Assembly: GCA_965652295.1 (NCBI GenBank)
Contig: CBFGTS010000006.1
Span: forward strand, 1 to 64,000
Direction: 5' to 3'
Source of the DNA: an uncultured Haloferula sp.
Lineage (GTDB): Bacteria; Verrucomicrobiota; Verrucomicrobiia; Verrucomicrobiales; Akkermansiaceae
DNA length: 64,000 bases
This document shows, one piece after another, positions 48,621 to 58,296 of the stretch (its first letter is position 1; each line of letters starts with the position of its first letter). The position numbers and the translations under genes are program-made. Under the pieces are notes generated by a model that did not search any database, was not told where the DNA came from, and worked only from the letters and a program-made list of their open reading frames with translations.

Positions 48621-49955
48621 TCACCGCCGCCCGCGCGCCAGCTTCCAGCATTCGGTGAAGCCGCTGGCGAAATCCTCCGGTCGCGATTCCACCCAGGCAT
48701 CGATTTCCTCCGCCGGCAGCCACAACACCGCGTCCACTTCCGCGCAGGGAAACACAGGCCTGCCCTCCCAGCGGACCTGGTACAGCACCACGTGCTCCCA
48801 GCCGGTTTCCTCGCAGGGCGCGATTTTCCCCACCTCCCGGGGCTCCACCTCCGTGATCCCCATCTCCTCCTCCATCTCCCGCACGGCTGCGGAAAGGTAG
48901 TCTTCGCCGGCATCGAGATGCCCGGCGGCGCTCGAATCCCACACCCCCGGATGCTTGTCCTTCAGCAGCGAACGCCGTTGCAGCAGCAGCTCGCCGCGGC
49001 GGTTGATCGCGAAAATGTGGACCGCCCGGTGCAGCAGGTCCTGCTCGTGAACCTCCTTGCGCGTCGCCTGGCCGATGACCTCGTCGGCCTCGTTCACCAC
49101 GTCGAAAATCTCGTCATCCTTCTGCGGGATGTCGGCCAGCGGGTGCTCATCGTAGCAGCGGGAAAGCGCGATCCACTGCCGCAGATCCAGCTCCTCCGCA
49201 CGTGCGCTTTCGGCCACGCCGAGCTTCGCCGCGACCTCTTCCCACGGTGGCGATTCCGGGAGGTGTTTGCGCACCTGCTTGCGGCGTTGGGAAAACCCGC
49301 GGCGCACGAGTTCATCGAACCTCCGTGCGTCGAACGCCCCCAATCCGCCAGCAATCGGCTCCAGCACCGCCACCGAAGAATCAATCTGCGGCCGCGGATG
49401 AAACGCATCCGGCGGCACCGTCATCACCGAGCGCACCTGCCACTCGCTGCTCACCCGCAGCGTCAGGACCCCGTATTCCTTCGTCCGCGGCGGCGCGCCC
49501 AGGCGATCGATCACCTCTTTCTGAAGCATGATCACCGCCCGCGAGAACGGGAACGGCCGGGTGAGGAAATTCTTCAGAATCGCTCCGCCCGAAGAATAGG
49601 GCAGGTTGCCCAGAAACTTCACCGGCCGGTATTTCCACAGCACCCGCGGGTCGAAGCGCGCGCCGTCCTCGTGATGCACCTCCACCTCCGGATGATCCGC
49701 GAAACGCTCTTTCAAATAAGCCGCCAGCCGCGAGTCGAACTCGATCAGCACCAGCCGCCTCACCCGGCCCACCAACCATTCCGTCAGCGCGCCGGTCCCG
49801 GGGCCGACCTCCACGATCGTATCCTCCGGCTGCGGGTCGAGTTGGTCGCCGATCCATTTGGCCACATCCGCATCGCACAGGAAATTCTGACCCAGCTGGC
49901 GGTTCGGGCGCACCCCCGCCCCTTCAAGTACATCACGAATTTCCTTGCCGGTCAC
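48621..49955 (-). CDS. rsmA: 16S rRNA adenine dimethyltransferase RsmA/KsgA fused to a NUDIX (IDI-like) domain
   Basis: RsmA motifs LGQNFL, EVGPGTG and GNLPY; then LLHRAVHIF and the Nudix box GHLDAGEDYLSAAVREMEEEMG. Confidence 0.93.
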   Translation of the reverse strand: MTGKEIRDVLEGAGVRPNRQLGQNFLCDADVAKWIGDQLDPQPEDTIVEVGPGTGALTEWLVGRVRRLVLIEFDSRLAAYLKERFADHPEVEVHHEDGARFDPRVLWKYRPVKFLGNLPYSSGGAILKNFLTRPFPFSRAVIMLQKEVIDRLGAPPRTKEYGVLTLRVSSEWQVRSVMTVPPDAFHPRPQIDSSVAVLEPIAGGLGAFDARRFDELVRRGFSQRRKQVRKHLPESPPWEEVAAKLGVAESARAEELDLRQWIALSRCYDEHPLADIPQKDDEIFDVVNEADEVIGQATRKEVHEQDLLHRAVHIFAINRRGELLLQRRSLLKDKHPGVWDSSAAGHLDAGEDYLSAAVREMEEEMGITEVEPREVGKIAPCEETGWEHVVLYQVRWEGRPVFPCAEVDAVLWLPAEEIDAWVESRPEDFASGFTECWKLARGRR

Positions 49956-50160
49956 ACGGACATCCCATGCGGCCCGCCCGGTTCCGGCAAGCGGTCATCC
50001 ACCACTCCGGCCGGAAATTTTTCCTCCGGAAAGTTTGAACGACGCGCCACCGCAGGGGTCTTACCCCATTGAAAACCGCGCTTGCGCAGTTTTCATGTAA
50101 GGGTGAACAGCAGTTGTCAGTCCACCGTGCCCTCCGGGGCTGGAGGATGGGCAACTCTCC

Positions 50161-50200
50161 GCCGCCAGGGAGTGGGTGCTCCCTGGCGGCAACTTTTTTT
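50161..50200 (+). terminator. Strong intrinsic terminator with no annotated plus-strand gene upstream
   Basis: GCCGCCAGGGAG-TGGGTG-CTCCCTGGCGGC (perfect 12-bp stem) followed by AAC and T7. Confidence 0.8.
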
Positions 50201-50442
50201 GAAGTGCCTGCCTCCGATTTGCCGAGGCGTTGAACGCCCGCTCAGGGAGGCATCGGAGCTTGCGCAGCCCTCGGACGGATGGACATCCCGCCACCCCATC
50301 CCTTCCGTCCTGAAAATCCCGTCCTTCCAGCCCTCATTCTCCCGGTAGCCCTCCTCCGCAATCACCCGCCGACATAAGGGTTGATGCCCCGCCCGCGGCT
50401 CCCTTTACTTTCCGCCCGCGCGCAAAGACGCGCCTCTTTCGC

Positions 50443-52107
50443 ATGATCGAAAACATCCGCAAATACACCGGACTGCTCGTGGTCGTCATCGTCCTCCTGC
50501 TCCTCGGGTTCATCCTCATGGACACCCGGAATTTCTTCGACCGCTCGGTCGGCGGAGGAGCCACGGTGGTGACCGTCGATGGCGTCGGCTACAGCCAGGC
50601 CGACCTCATCAACCGCGGCTCCGCCCCGCTGCGTCTGGCCTCGGCGCTCCGCAGCTTCGATGTCAATGGGCTGGAGATCATGCGCTTCGCCAACACCCTC
50701 GTCGGCTCCGCCGAGAAGGAGGAAAACGCGGAGATCAACTTCTTCGCCGGCCGCCAGATCCTCCGGCAGGCCGCGGAGGACTTCGGCATCCACCCCTCGG
50801 AGGATGAGGTGAACGAGTTCATCCGCTCGCTTTCCGCCTTCCAGGAACGCCCGCCGATCGGTGCCGCACCCGGCACCACCGGCGAATTCTCCCAGGACCA
50901 ATACAACACCTTCGCCCAGAAACAGCTCCAATACATGGGACTCAGCGAGAAAGACTTCCGCGACCTGGTCCGGGACGTCATCGCCTTCCGCGAGCTGCGC
51001 TCGATCGTCGGCGGCGGCCTTACCGGCAGCCGTCAGGTCGCCGAAGCCATGGCGGTCGTGAACGCGCAGAAAGTCGGCGTGGACGTCGCCTCGATCGATA
51101 TCGCCAAGCTGAAGGAAACCATCCAGCCGACCGAAGAAGAACTGAAAGCCTACTGGGAGCCGCTCAAGGAAGCCTACCAGACCGAGCAGCGCATTAAGGT
51201 CAGCTACGCGATCGTCAGCCCGAAGTATCCCGAGGAACTCGCAGGCGAACCCGCGAAAGCGCCCGAGGGCGAAACCGACGAGCAACGCAAGGAACGCGAA
51301 GCCGCGGAAACCAAGCGCCAAGAGGACCGCAAGCAGGTCGAAAAGCAGCTCGCCGAGGCCGTCAGCCAGTTCAATGACGCGGTCGATGCTTCCGAGGGCG
51401 CGGACTTCGAAAAGCTCGCCAAGGAAAACGAATGGGAACTCGAAACCACCGAGTGGGTCACCCGCTCCACCCTTCCCGAGGATCTCAAGATTTCGACCCG
51501 TGGCGTGTCTGCTTCGAAAACGATCGCCGATGAACTCTTCAGCCTGAGCATGGGACCCGATCCCCTCGCTCCCTTCCCGCTGCCGCTGCCGGTCGGGGAG
51601 AACCAGTGGTTCATCGCCCGCCTCGATGCCATCGAGGAGCCCCGCGAGAAAACCTTTGAGGAAGCCAAGGACGAGGTCACCGAAGGCTACATCGCCAAAA
51701 TGGCCGGCGAAGCCGCACAGAAACTGGTCGAGGAGAAGCTCGCCGCGATGAAGAAGGACATCGAAGCCGGCAAAACCTTCGCCGAGGCCGCCGAGGCCCA
51801 GGGCCTTGAGGCGAAATCCTACGAGCCTTTCGCCGTGTCCGACACGCTCGATGACGAGCCCGCCGCCCGCGAGATCTTTACCCAGGCCGCGACCGTGAAA
51901 CCCGGCGAATTCGCCGAGCCGCTGTTCCTCGACGACCGCGCCCTGATCATCCGCGTCAACACCCGCGAGGTCGTGAAGGACGACAACCGCGGCGCGCAGG
52001 TCGACAACAACGCCTCGAATCTGGAAGTGCAGAACGAAAACGCCGCCTTCCAAGCCTGGCTCACCGACCGCATTGAGGAGGCTGGCATCACCACGCCGAA
52101 CAACTGA
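50443..52107 (+). CDS. PpiD/SurA-like periplasmic chaperone
   Basis: N-anchor MIENIRK plus TM helix, VTVDG, GIHPSEDEV, EQRIKVSY, DFEKLAK and TFEEAKDEV. Confidence 0.85.
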   Translation: MIENIRKYTGLLVVVIVLLLLGFILMDTRNFFDRSVGGGATVVTVDGVGYSQADLINRGSAPLRLASALRSFDVNGLEIMRFANTLVGSAEKEENAEINFFAGRQILRQAAEDFGIHPSEDEVNEFIRSLSAFQERPPIGAAPGTTGEFSQDQYNTFAQKQLQYMGLSEKDFRDLVRDVIAFRELRSIVGGGLTGSRQVAEAMAVVNAQKVGVDVASIDIAKLKETIQPTEEELKAYWEPLKEAYQTEQRIKVSYAIVSPKYPEELAGEPAKAPEGETDEQRKEREAAETKRQEDRKQVEKQLAEAVSQFNDAVDASEGADFEKLAKENEWELETTEWVTRSTLPEDLKISTRGVSASKTIADELFSLSMGPDPLAPFPLPLPVGENQWFIARLDAIEEPREKTFEEAKDEVTEGYIAKMAGEAAQKLVEEKLAAMKKDIEAGKTFAEAAEAQGLEAKSYEPFAVSDTLDDEPAAREIFTQAATVKPGEFAEPLFLDDRALIIRVNTREVVKDDNRGAQVDNNASNLEVQNENAAFQAWLTDRIEEAGITTPNN

Positions 52108-52109
52108 AC

Positions 52110-52448
52110 ATGGTCGACCGCGACGAGCTCTTCGATGAAGCCAACGGCCACCTCGCTCTTGGCGAGCTCGACGAGGCCGCGTCGCTCTACCGCCGTTGCC
52201 TTGAAGCCGACCCCGAGTTTTTCGACGGCTGGCACGCCCTCGGCATGGCCCTGCTGAAGCTCGGCCAGACCAAGGAAGCCATCGGCTGCGGCCTCAAGGC
52301 CGTCACCCTCCGCCCCAACGACCTCCTCGCCTGGACCGGCCTTTCCCAGATGTATGTCCGGGATGGCAACATCCCCGAAGCCGAGTCCGCCAAAGCCAAC
52401 GCCCGCATCCTTTCCCTCGGCGGAAAAGTCGATCGCTCCGCTCCCTGA
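52110..52448 (+). CDS. Small TPR protein
   Basis: TPR motifs GELDEAASLY, WHALGMAL and WTGLSQMY. Confidence 0.85.
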   Translation: MVDRDELFDEANGHLALGELDEAASLYRRCLEADPEFFDGWHALGMALLKLGQTKEAIGCGLKAVTLRPNDLLAWTGLSQMYVRDGNIPEAESAKANARILSLGGKVDRSAP

Positions 52449-52476
52449 CTTTCGCCTGATCACGTCCCACTTCCGC

Positions 52477-54048
52477 ATGCTCCTCACCACCGCCATCGAC
52501 TACACCAACGGGGCCCCACACATCGGTCACGCCTACGAGAAGGTCCTCGCCGACGTCCTCGCCCGCTATCTCCGCCTGCGCGGCGACGAGTGCTATTTCC
52601 TCACCGGCGTCGACCAGCACGGCCAGAAGGTCCAGCAGACCGCGGAAAAGGAAGGCATCCACCCCGCCACCTTCGCCAAGAAGAAGACGAAGCTTTTCCT
52701 CAATCTCTGGAAAAAGCTCGGCGTCGAATACGATGGCTGGGCCGAGACCACTGACGATCGCCACAAGGCCTGCGTCCAGCAGATCCTCACCGACCTCAAG
52801 GAGAAGGGCGAACTCTACAAAAAGGGCTACAAGGGGTTCTACTCCGTCCGCCAGGAGCAGTTCCTCACCGATCGCGACCGCAACGAAGCCGGCGAGTTCG
52901 GCCCCGAGTGGGGCGAGGTCGTCGAAATCGAGGAGGAAAACTGGTACTTCCGCCTTTCCGACCACGTCGAGTGGCTGAAAAACTACGTCTCTAGTAACGA
53001 AGGCTGCGTCATTCCCTCCTTCCGCCGCAACGAACTGCTCGGCGCCCTTGAGCGCTCCGGCGATCAGGACCTCTGCATTTCCCGCCCGAAGGAGCGCCTG
53101 CGCTGGGGCATCGAGATTCCCTTCGACCCCGACTTCGTCACCTACGTCTGGTTCGACGCGCTCATCAACTACGCCTCCTTCGCCGGCTACCTGGCCGATG
53201 AAAAAGCCGGCCTGCCGGAGTTCGCCAAGCTCTGGCCCGCCGACGGCTCGCCGACACCCGTCCACATCATCGGCAAGGACATCCTCGTCCCCGCCCACGG
53301 CATCTACTGGCTCTGCATGCTCCACGCCATGGGCTTCCCCGATGAGCAGATCCCCCGCCTGCTCGTCCACGGTTGGTGGAACATCAAGGGCGAGAAAATG
53401 TCCAAGTCGCTTGGCAACGTCGTCGATCCCGACGAACTCGCCGACCGTTTCGGTCCCGATGCCATCCGCTACTACCTCGTGCGCGACATCGTCACCGGCC
53501 GCGACGCCGATTTCGACCCCGAACGGCTGGTCATGCTCTACAACCAGGAGCTGGCCAATGAACTCGGCAACCTCTGCAACCGCGCCCTCAACATGACGGC
53601 GCGCTTCACCGACGGCATCTGTCGTACTTCGCACCAGCCCGGTGACGCCGAGGCCGCCCTGCGCCAGTCGCTCACCGAGGCCACCGCCGCCTACCGCGCC
53701 GCCATGGACGGGTGGGACACCACCGCCGCGCTCAAGGCCATCAACGCCCACGTCACCCACTGCAACGCCTATACCGAGCAGAACAAGCCGTGGGAACTTG
53801 CCAAGGATCCGGAGAGCAAGCCGCGCCTCGAAACGGTGCTTTCCCACCTGGTCGAAAGCCTCGCCCACCTCACCGTCCTGCTTTCCCCGATGCTCCCAGA
53901 GCCCGCCGCGCGTCTCGCCCACCAGCTCCGCAAGGAAGACCTGCTCACACTCAAGCTCGACGACCTCCGGTGGGGTCTCATCGAAGACGGCCACGAAACC
54001 GGCAAGCCCAAGCCCGTTTTCCCAAGGATCGTCATTGAAGAGGAGTGA
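52477..54048 (+). CDS. metG: Methionine--tRNA ligase (short monomeric form)
   Basis: Motifs TTAIDYTNGAPHIGH, GVDQHGQK, YVWFDAL and KMSKS. Confidence 0.97.
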   Translation: MLLTTAIDYTNGAPHIGHAYEKVLADVLARYLRLRGDECYFLTGVDQHGQKVQQTAEKEGIHPATFAKKKTKLFLNLWKKLGVEYDGWAETTDDRHKACVQQILTDLKEKGELYKKGYKGFYSVRQEQFLTDRDRNEAGEFGPEWGEVVEIEEENWYFRLSDHVEWLKNYVSSNEGCVIPSFRRNELLGALERSGDQDLCISRPKERLRWGIEIPFDPDFVTYVWFDALINYASFAGYLADEKAGLPEFAKLWPADGSPTPVHIIGKDILVPAHGIYWLCMLHAMGFPDEQIPRLLVHGWWNIKGEKMSKSLGNVVDPDELADRFGPDAIRYYLVRDIVTGRDADFDPERLVMLYNQELANELGNLCNRALNMTARFTDGICRTSHQPGDAEAALRQSLTEATAAYRAAMDGWDTTAALKAINAHVTHCNAYTEQNKPWELAKDPESKPRLETVLSHLVESLAHLTVLLSPMLPEPAARLAHQLRKEDLLTLKLDDLRWGLIEDGHETGKPKPVFPRIVIEEE

Positions 54049-54064
54049 AGGCTGTCTCCCCTAC

Positions 54065-54179
54065 CAGTGGCATGACCGTCCCGGTCATGAAAGGATAAGG
54101 CCGCAACGACTTGGCAGCCGACAGGAACTCCTCCGGCGTGAGAATTCCTACGTTCACGACCGGGACGGTCGTGCCACTG
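54065..54179. repeat. GTGG-type REP doublet
   Basis: CAGTGGCATGACCGTCCCGGTCATGAA (54065-54091) and an inverted copy at 54153-54179 with compensatory changes. Confidence 0.85.
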
Positions 54180-54194
54180 ACAGGCTGCCACGTC

Positions 54195-54506
54195 CTACTC
54201 CCCGAAGTCCCACTCCTTCGGTCGCTTCGGCTTGAAGCGCGTGCGTCCGCTCGCAGCCTGCCTCAGCGGATTGAAGACCGGATCCATGCCGTTCGCTTTC
54301 AGCTCCCACACCCATTCCATCAGCTCGCCGAGCCGACCCTTCGGAAAGCCGCGCTCCTTGAAATAGGTCAGGTATTCCGTGGGCAGATCGTAAATCGGAT
54401 AACCGCGCGGCGGGTGCTCCTTCGGCCCGTATTTCCCAAATGGCATCCGCGTCCGGCCGATCTCATTCAGCAGGTTCCGGAAGTCCTCACGGTCAATCTC
54501 GTTCAC
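54195..54506 (-). CDS. DUF3820-family protein
   Basis: MPFGKY...DLPTEYLTYF..GFPKGRLG..ELKANG. Confidence 0.85.
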   Translation of the reverse strand: MNEIDREDFRNLLNEIGRTRMPFGKYGPKEHPPRGYPIYDLPTEYLTYFKERGFPKGRLGELMEWVWELKANGMDPVFNPLRQAASGRTRFKPKRPKEWDFGE

Positions 54507-54628
54507 GGTGCGATCATCCCCCAGTTGCCGGGAATGTCGAACCGCAGATAACCGTGACCGCCGGCAGGTGTCCGAACGACGAATGAAGACGCATTCCATC
54601 CATCTGCGTCCATCGCCGTTCTTCCCCC

Positions 54629-56248
54629 TCACTCCGAGGGCGGCGGGAACGGCACCTCGCTGACTTCCCACTTCTCGTTTTTCTCGGTGAACGTCTGCAA
54701 GGTCCACGGGCTCGGGATCAACGCCACCAGATGCCCGTGCTGGTCGCGCACGAGGCGCACGTCCATCGATAGCTCCGGCCGGTCGTCCTTGGTCGTCTCT
54801 CCCTCTTTCAGCCGCAGCCAGCGGGCGATCGTCCAATGCGCGGGCTCGATCCGCGTCTCGGCATCATACTCGCCCTGCAGACGATGCTGCATGACCTCGA
54901 ACTGCAACGGTCCCACCGCCCCGAGCAGCGGCGTGTAAACCCCGTCGTTCTCCAGCGGCGTGAATTCGCTCACCACACCCTCTTTCAACATCTGCTCCAG
55001 CCCCGCCCGGAAGCGCTTGAACTTCGCCGTGCTCGCATTGTGCAGCCACGCGAAACACTCCGGCACGAAGCGCGGAATCTCATCGAAACTCAGACTCTTC
55101 TTCGAGCTCAGCGTGTCACCGATCAGAAAGTCGTGGTTGCCCACCAAACCCGCGACATCCCCGGCAAAGGCATCGTCAACCGTCTCCCGGTCCTGGCCGA
55201 ACAGCGTCATGGAATTCGACAGGCGGACCTTGTCGCCGGTGCGCGTGTGAAAGACGTTCATATCCCGCTCGAACTTGCCACTGACGATCCGGATGAAGCT
55301 CACCCGGTCGCGGTGCTTCGGGTTCATGTTCGCCTGGATCTTGAAAACGAACGCCGAGAATTCCTCCGACTCCGGCTCGATTTCCTCGTCGCCCGCCCGG
55401 CGGCCGGAGGGCGTCGGCGCGAGTTCGATGAAGCGATCCAGCAGCATCTGCACGCCGAAGTTGTTCGCCGCACTGCCGAAGAACACCGGTGTCAGCTCAC
55501 CCGCTTCCACGGCCGGAACATCGAAGTCCGCGCCCGCGCCATCCAGCAGCTCCAGCTCATCGGTCACCTGCTCATACACCCCGGTGTCGAGCTTCTCGCG
55601 CACCACCGGGTCGCTGATGTCGCTCACCGCCACGGCGGCCTTGAAGGCACCGCCCGGTGTCCGCTCGAAAAGGTGGACCTGCTTCTTTTCCCGATCGAAC
55701 ACGCCCTTGAACCGAGGCCCGTCACCGAGCGGCCAGTTCAGGGGAAACGCCTGGATTCCCAGCACGCTTTCCAGCTCGTCGAGCAGCTCCAGCGGCGGCT
55801 TCGCCGGCCGGTCGAGCTTGTTCATGAAGGTGAAGATCGGCACGCCGCGGCGACGGCAGACCTCGAACAACTTCCGCGTCTGGCTCTCGATGCCCTTGCC
55901 CGCGTCCACCACCATCACCGCCGCGTCCACCGCCGTCAGCACCCGGTAGGTGTCCTCCGAGAAATCCTTGTGCCCCGGGGTGTCGAGGATGTTCACCACG
56001 TAGTCCTTGTATTCGAACTGCAGGACCGTCGAGCTGATCGAAATCCCCCGCTGCTTCTCCAGCTCCATCCAGTCCGAGGTCGTCGCCCGCTGGTTTTTCC
56101 GCGCCGTCACGCTGCCGGCGAGGTTCAGCGCACCCCCGTAGAGCAGGAACTTCTCCGTAAGCGTCGTCTTCCCGGCGTCCGGGTGCGAGATGATCGCGAA
56201 CGTGCGGCGGCGCGCGACCTCGCGCTGGATTTCATTCGATACGGACAT
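54629..56248 (-). CDS. prfC: Peptide chain release factor 3
   Basis: Motifs RRTFAIISHPDAGKTT, SDWMELEKQRGIS and GAVGPLQFEV. Confidence 0.98.
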   Translation of the reverse strand: MSVSNEIQREVARRRTFAIISHPDAGKTTLTEKFLLYGGALNLAGSVTARKNQRATTSDWMELEKQRGISISSTVLQFEYKDYVVNILDTPGHKDFSEDTYRVLTAVDAAVMVVDAGKGIESQTRKLFEVCRRRGVPIFTFMNKLDRPAKPPLELLDELESVLGIQAFPLNWPLGDGPRFKGVFDREKKQVHLFERTPGGAFKAAVAVSDISDPVVREKLDTGVYEQVTDELELLDGAGADFDVPAVEAGELTPVFFGSAANNFGVQMLLDRFIELAPTPSGRRAGDEEIEPESEEFSAFVFKIQANMNPKHRDRVSFIRIVSGKFERDMNVFHTRTGDKVRLSNSMTLFGQDRETVDDAFAGDVAGLVGNHDFLIGDTLSSKKSLSFDEIPRFVPECFAWLHNASTAKFKRFRAGLEQMLKEGVVSEFTPLENDGVYTPLLGAVGPLQFEVMQHRLQGEYDAETRIEPAHWTIARWLRLKEGETTKDDRPELSMDVRLVRDQHGHLVALIPSPWTLQTFTEKNEKWEVSEVPFPPPSE

Positions 56249-56356
56249 GCGGCCCGCAGGGGCTAACCCCGCAGGGCACCGGCATCAAGCGGATTGGAAC
56301 GCCAGCTTCGGCTCGCCCGGCCCGTCTGCGAGATCAAGCTCGCGTTTCCATGCTCC

Positions 56357-57304
56357 TCAATTGTTCTCGGCCCCCTCCTCGATCCAGCGCTTGATCGCGG
56401 CGAACTCTTCCTCGGTCACCTGCTTCTTCCCTTCCGGCGGCATGTGCTCTTCGTCGTCGAGAGGGAGTTCCATGCGGAAAAGGATGTTGCTGTCCGGATC
56501 GCCGGGCTCGAAGCCTTCCCCCTCCTTGCCACCCGCCAAGGTCAGCTCATAGCTGTCCATCCGCAGCTTGCCCTTCGACTTGTCGGGTCCGTGACACGAG
56601 ACGCATTTCGCATCGAAGATCGGCTGGATGTGCCGGGAGTAGCTCAGCTTTCCCGTTGCTGGAATGGGCGCGGGCTCACGAGCGGGCGGCTCCGCGGTGG
56701 CTGGCTCCGCATCCACCAGCCATCGCTTGATCGGCCCGGGTACCTCGTCCACGAGAAACGTCCGCCCGTGGGTCAGTGAGCCGCCATCGTGACTCGCGAC
56801 GGTCATCACCCCGCCCGACGCCAGCAGCAGGAAAAAATACAACCCGCTTCCCCTTCCCACCGCATCCACCCAGGCCTTCACCATCAGCGTCACAACCGCC
56901 ACGCCAGCAAATCCCACCCCCCACAGCAGGTGGCTCTGCAAAAGCTCGCCGGAATAGTCCTCCGGGTGCGTCTGCCACAGCAGATAGCCGAAGACCGCCG
57001 CGACCACCGCTGCGAGTGCCGTGAAAAACATCGGCCACAGCGTCGAGGCACCGGAGCGACGGAACCAGCGCCCGCACTCCATCAGGATCACCAGCGCCAG
57101 CATGCCGATCGGCAGGTGCAGCACCACCGGATGCAGGTGACCGAGGAAACGGAACCACGACGGCACCGGGTTCTCCTTTCCAAACAACGGCACCCCCAGC
57201 AGTGTGACCAAACCCGCGATCACCCCCAATCCGCCAAGCGTGATCAGCGAGGCAAGAAAGGCGGGACGTCGGGAAGGCTTCGAGTTGGGCATCGGCGCGG
57301 GCAT
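56357..57304 (-). CDS. Membrane protein with a His-containing TM domain and a planctomycete-type cytochrome c domain
   Basis: HPVVLHLPIG and HDGGSLTHG; IQPIFDAKCVSCHG and MPP. Confidence 0.85.
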   Translation of the reverse strand: MPAPMPNSKPSRRPAFLASLITLGGLGVIAGLVTLLGVPLFGKENPVPSWFRFLGHLHPVVLHLPIGMLALVILMECGRWFRRSGASTLWPMFFTALAAVVAAVFGYLLWQTHPEDYSGELLQSHLLWGVGFAGVAVVTLMVKAWVDAVGRGSGLYFFLLLASGGVMTVASHDGGSLTHGRTFLVDEVPGPIKRWLVDAEPATAEPPAREPAPIPATGKLSYSRHIQPIFDAKCVSCHGPDKSKGKLRMDSYELTLAGGKEGEGFEPGDPDSNILFRMELPLDDEEHMPPEGKKQVTEEEFAAIKRWIEEGAENN

Positions 57305-57418
57305 GCTAACACCCTTACGAGCCCGACAAGTTGATTCTTATTCCTCAAGCCAGGAAGTCCACAGCGCCCACACCTTCAGCCGACGCTCCGGAAATCTTCC
57401 CCCAATCTCTCCTCCAGA

Positions 57419-57661
57419 TCAGATATCCACCACCGGACCGTCTTTGCTCTTCTTCTTTCCCTCCGGTTTCTTTCCTGCCTTCATGAAAGGAATGAAGCGG
57501 CTGATGTCGATGCCGAGCGACTGAAGGGATTTCACGAAAATGAGAAGAGCCGTGGCCTCGTCGATGATCGGAATTGGGTCGAGAGGTCCGACCATCGGTC
57601 CCCAGATCAAGAGGTAGAGACCCGAGAGGAGCGCGAAAAGGAGAGCAAAAGCCTTTTTCAT
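57419..57661 (-). CDS. Small membrane protein (DUF1232-like)
   Basis: TM helix followed by LDPIPIIDE. Confidence 0.65.
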   Translation of the reverse strand: MKKAFALLFALLSGLYLLIWGPMVGPLDPIPIIDEATALLIFVKSLQSLGIDISRFIPFMKAGKKPEGKKKSKDGPVVDI

Positions 57662-57714
57662 GGCGCGTACCCTACGCCACCCCTCCCTCGAATCAATCGC
57701 CCCCTCGTTCCAAT

Positions 57715-58296
57715 CTACCGGGCGGATTCCAAGTCTTCGATCCCGATGTCCTTGAACTCCACCTTCATCGCGACCCCGGGATGCACCTGAAATCCGATCG
57801 GTCCACTCTTCGCGGCGGTCTCGGAGCGGTAGCTCAGGACCTCTTTCCCTTGCAGAAACACGACGTATTCCGGCCCGCGCGCCTCGATCCGCATCCGGTT
57901 CCACTCACCTTCCTTCAGCAGCTTGGCGACACCCTCCGCCTCCACCGGATATGCCCGCTTCGAGGCAATGTAGGGGGAGCCGGTCATGTCGCGCTTCAAC
58001 GAGCCACTGATGCCGATCTGGATCTGGTCGTTCTCCTTGCGCAGAAAGACCCCCGAATCGATCGGTCCGGAAAACCGGAACTGGAACTCGATCGCGAAAT
58101 CCTCATAGGCATCCGGCGTCCAAAGGATCGAGCCCGTCTTTTTCTCGTCGCTCTCACCCGTCAAAACGCCGTCCTTCAACGACCAATCGGCCGAGCCTTC
58201 GACCTTCCAACCATCAAGCGAACCGCCACCGAGCAGCGGCTTGGGAGCGGCGAGCGCGATGGTACCAACGACCAAAAGAAAGAACAGCGGGTTCAT
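57715..58296 (-). CDS. DUF1080 / 3-keto-disaccharide hydrolase-family secreted protein
   Basis: Motifs SLDGW, DSGVFLR, GEWNRMRI and GPIGFQVH. Confidence 0.9.
   Translation of the reverse strand: MNPLFFLLVVGTIALAAPKPLLGGGSLDGWKVEGSADWSLKDGVLTGESDEKKTGSILWTPDAYEDFAIEFQFRFSGPIDSGVFLRKENDQIQIGISGSLKRDMTGSPYIASKRAYPVEAEGVAKLLKEGEWNRMRIEARGPEYVVFLQGKEVLSYRSETAAKSGPIGFQVHPGVAMKVEFKDIGIEDLESAR

Noticed and set aside
48252..50072. 606-aa plus-strand ORF
   Set aside because: It is antisense to rsmA and the tonB-like gene.
50362..53994. Two 563-aa minus-strand ORFs
   Set aside because: They are antisense shadows of the ppiD-like gene and metG.
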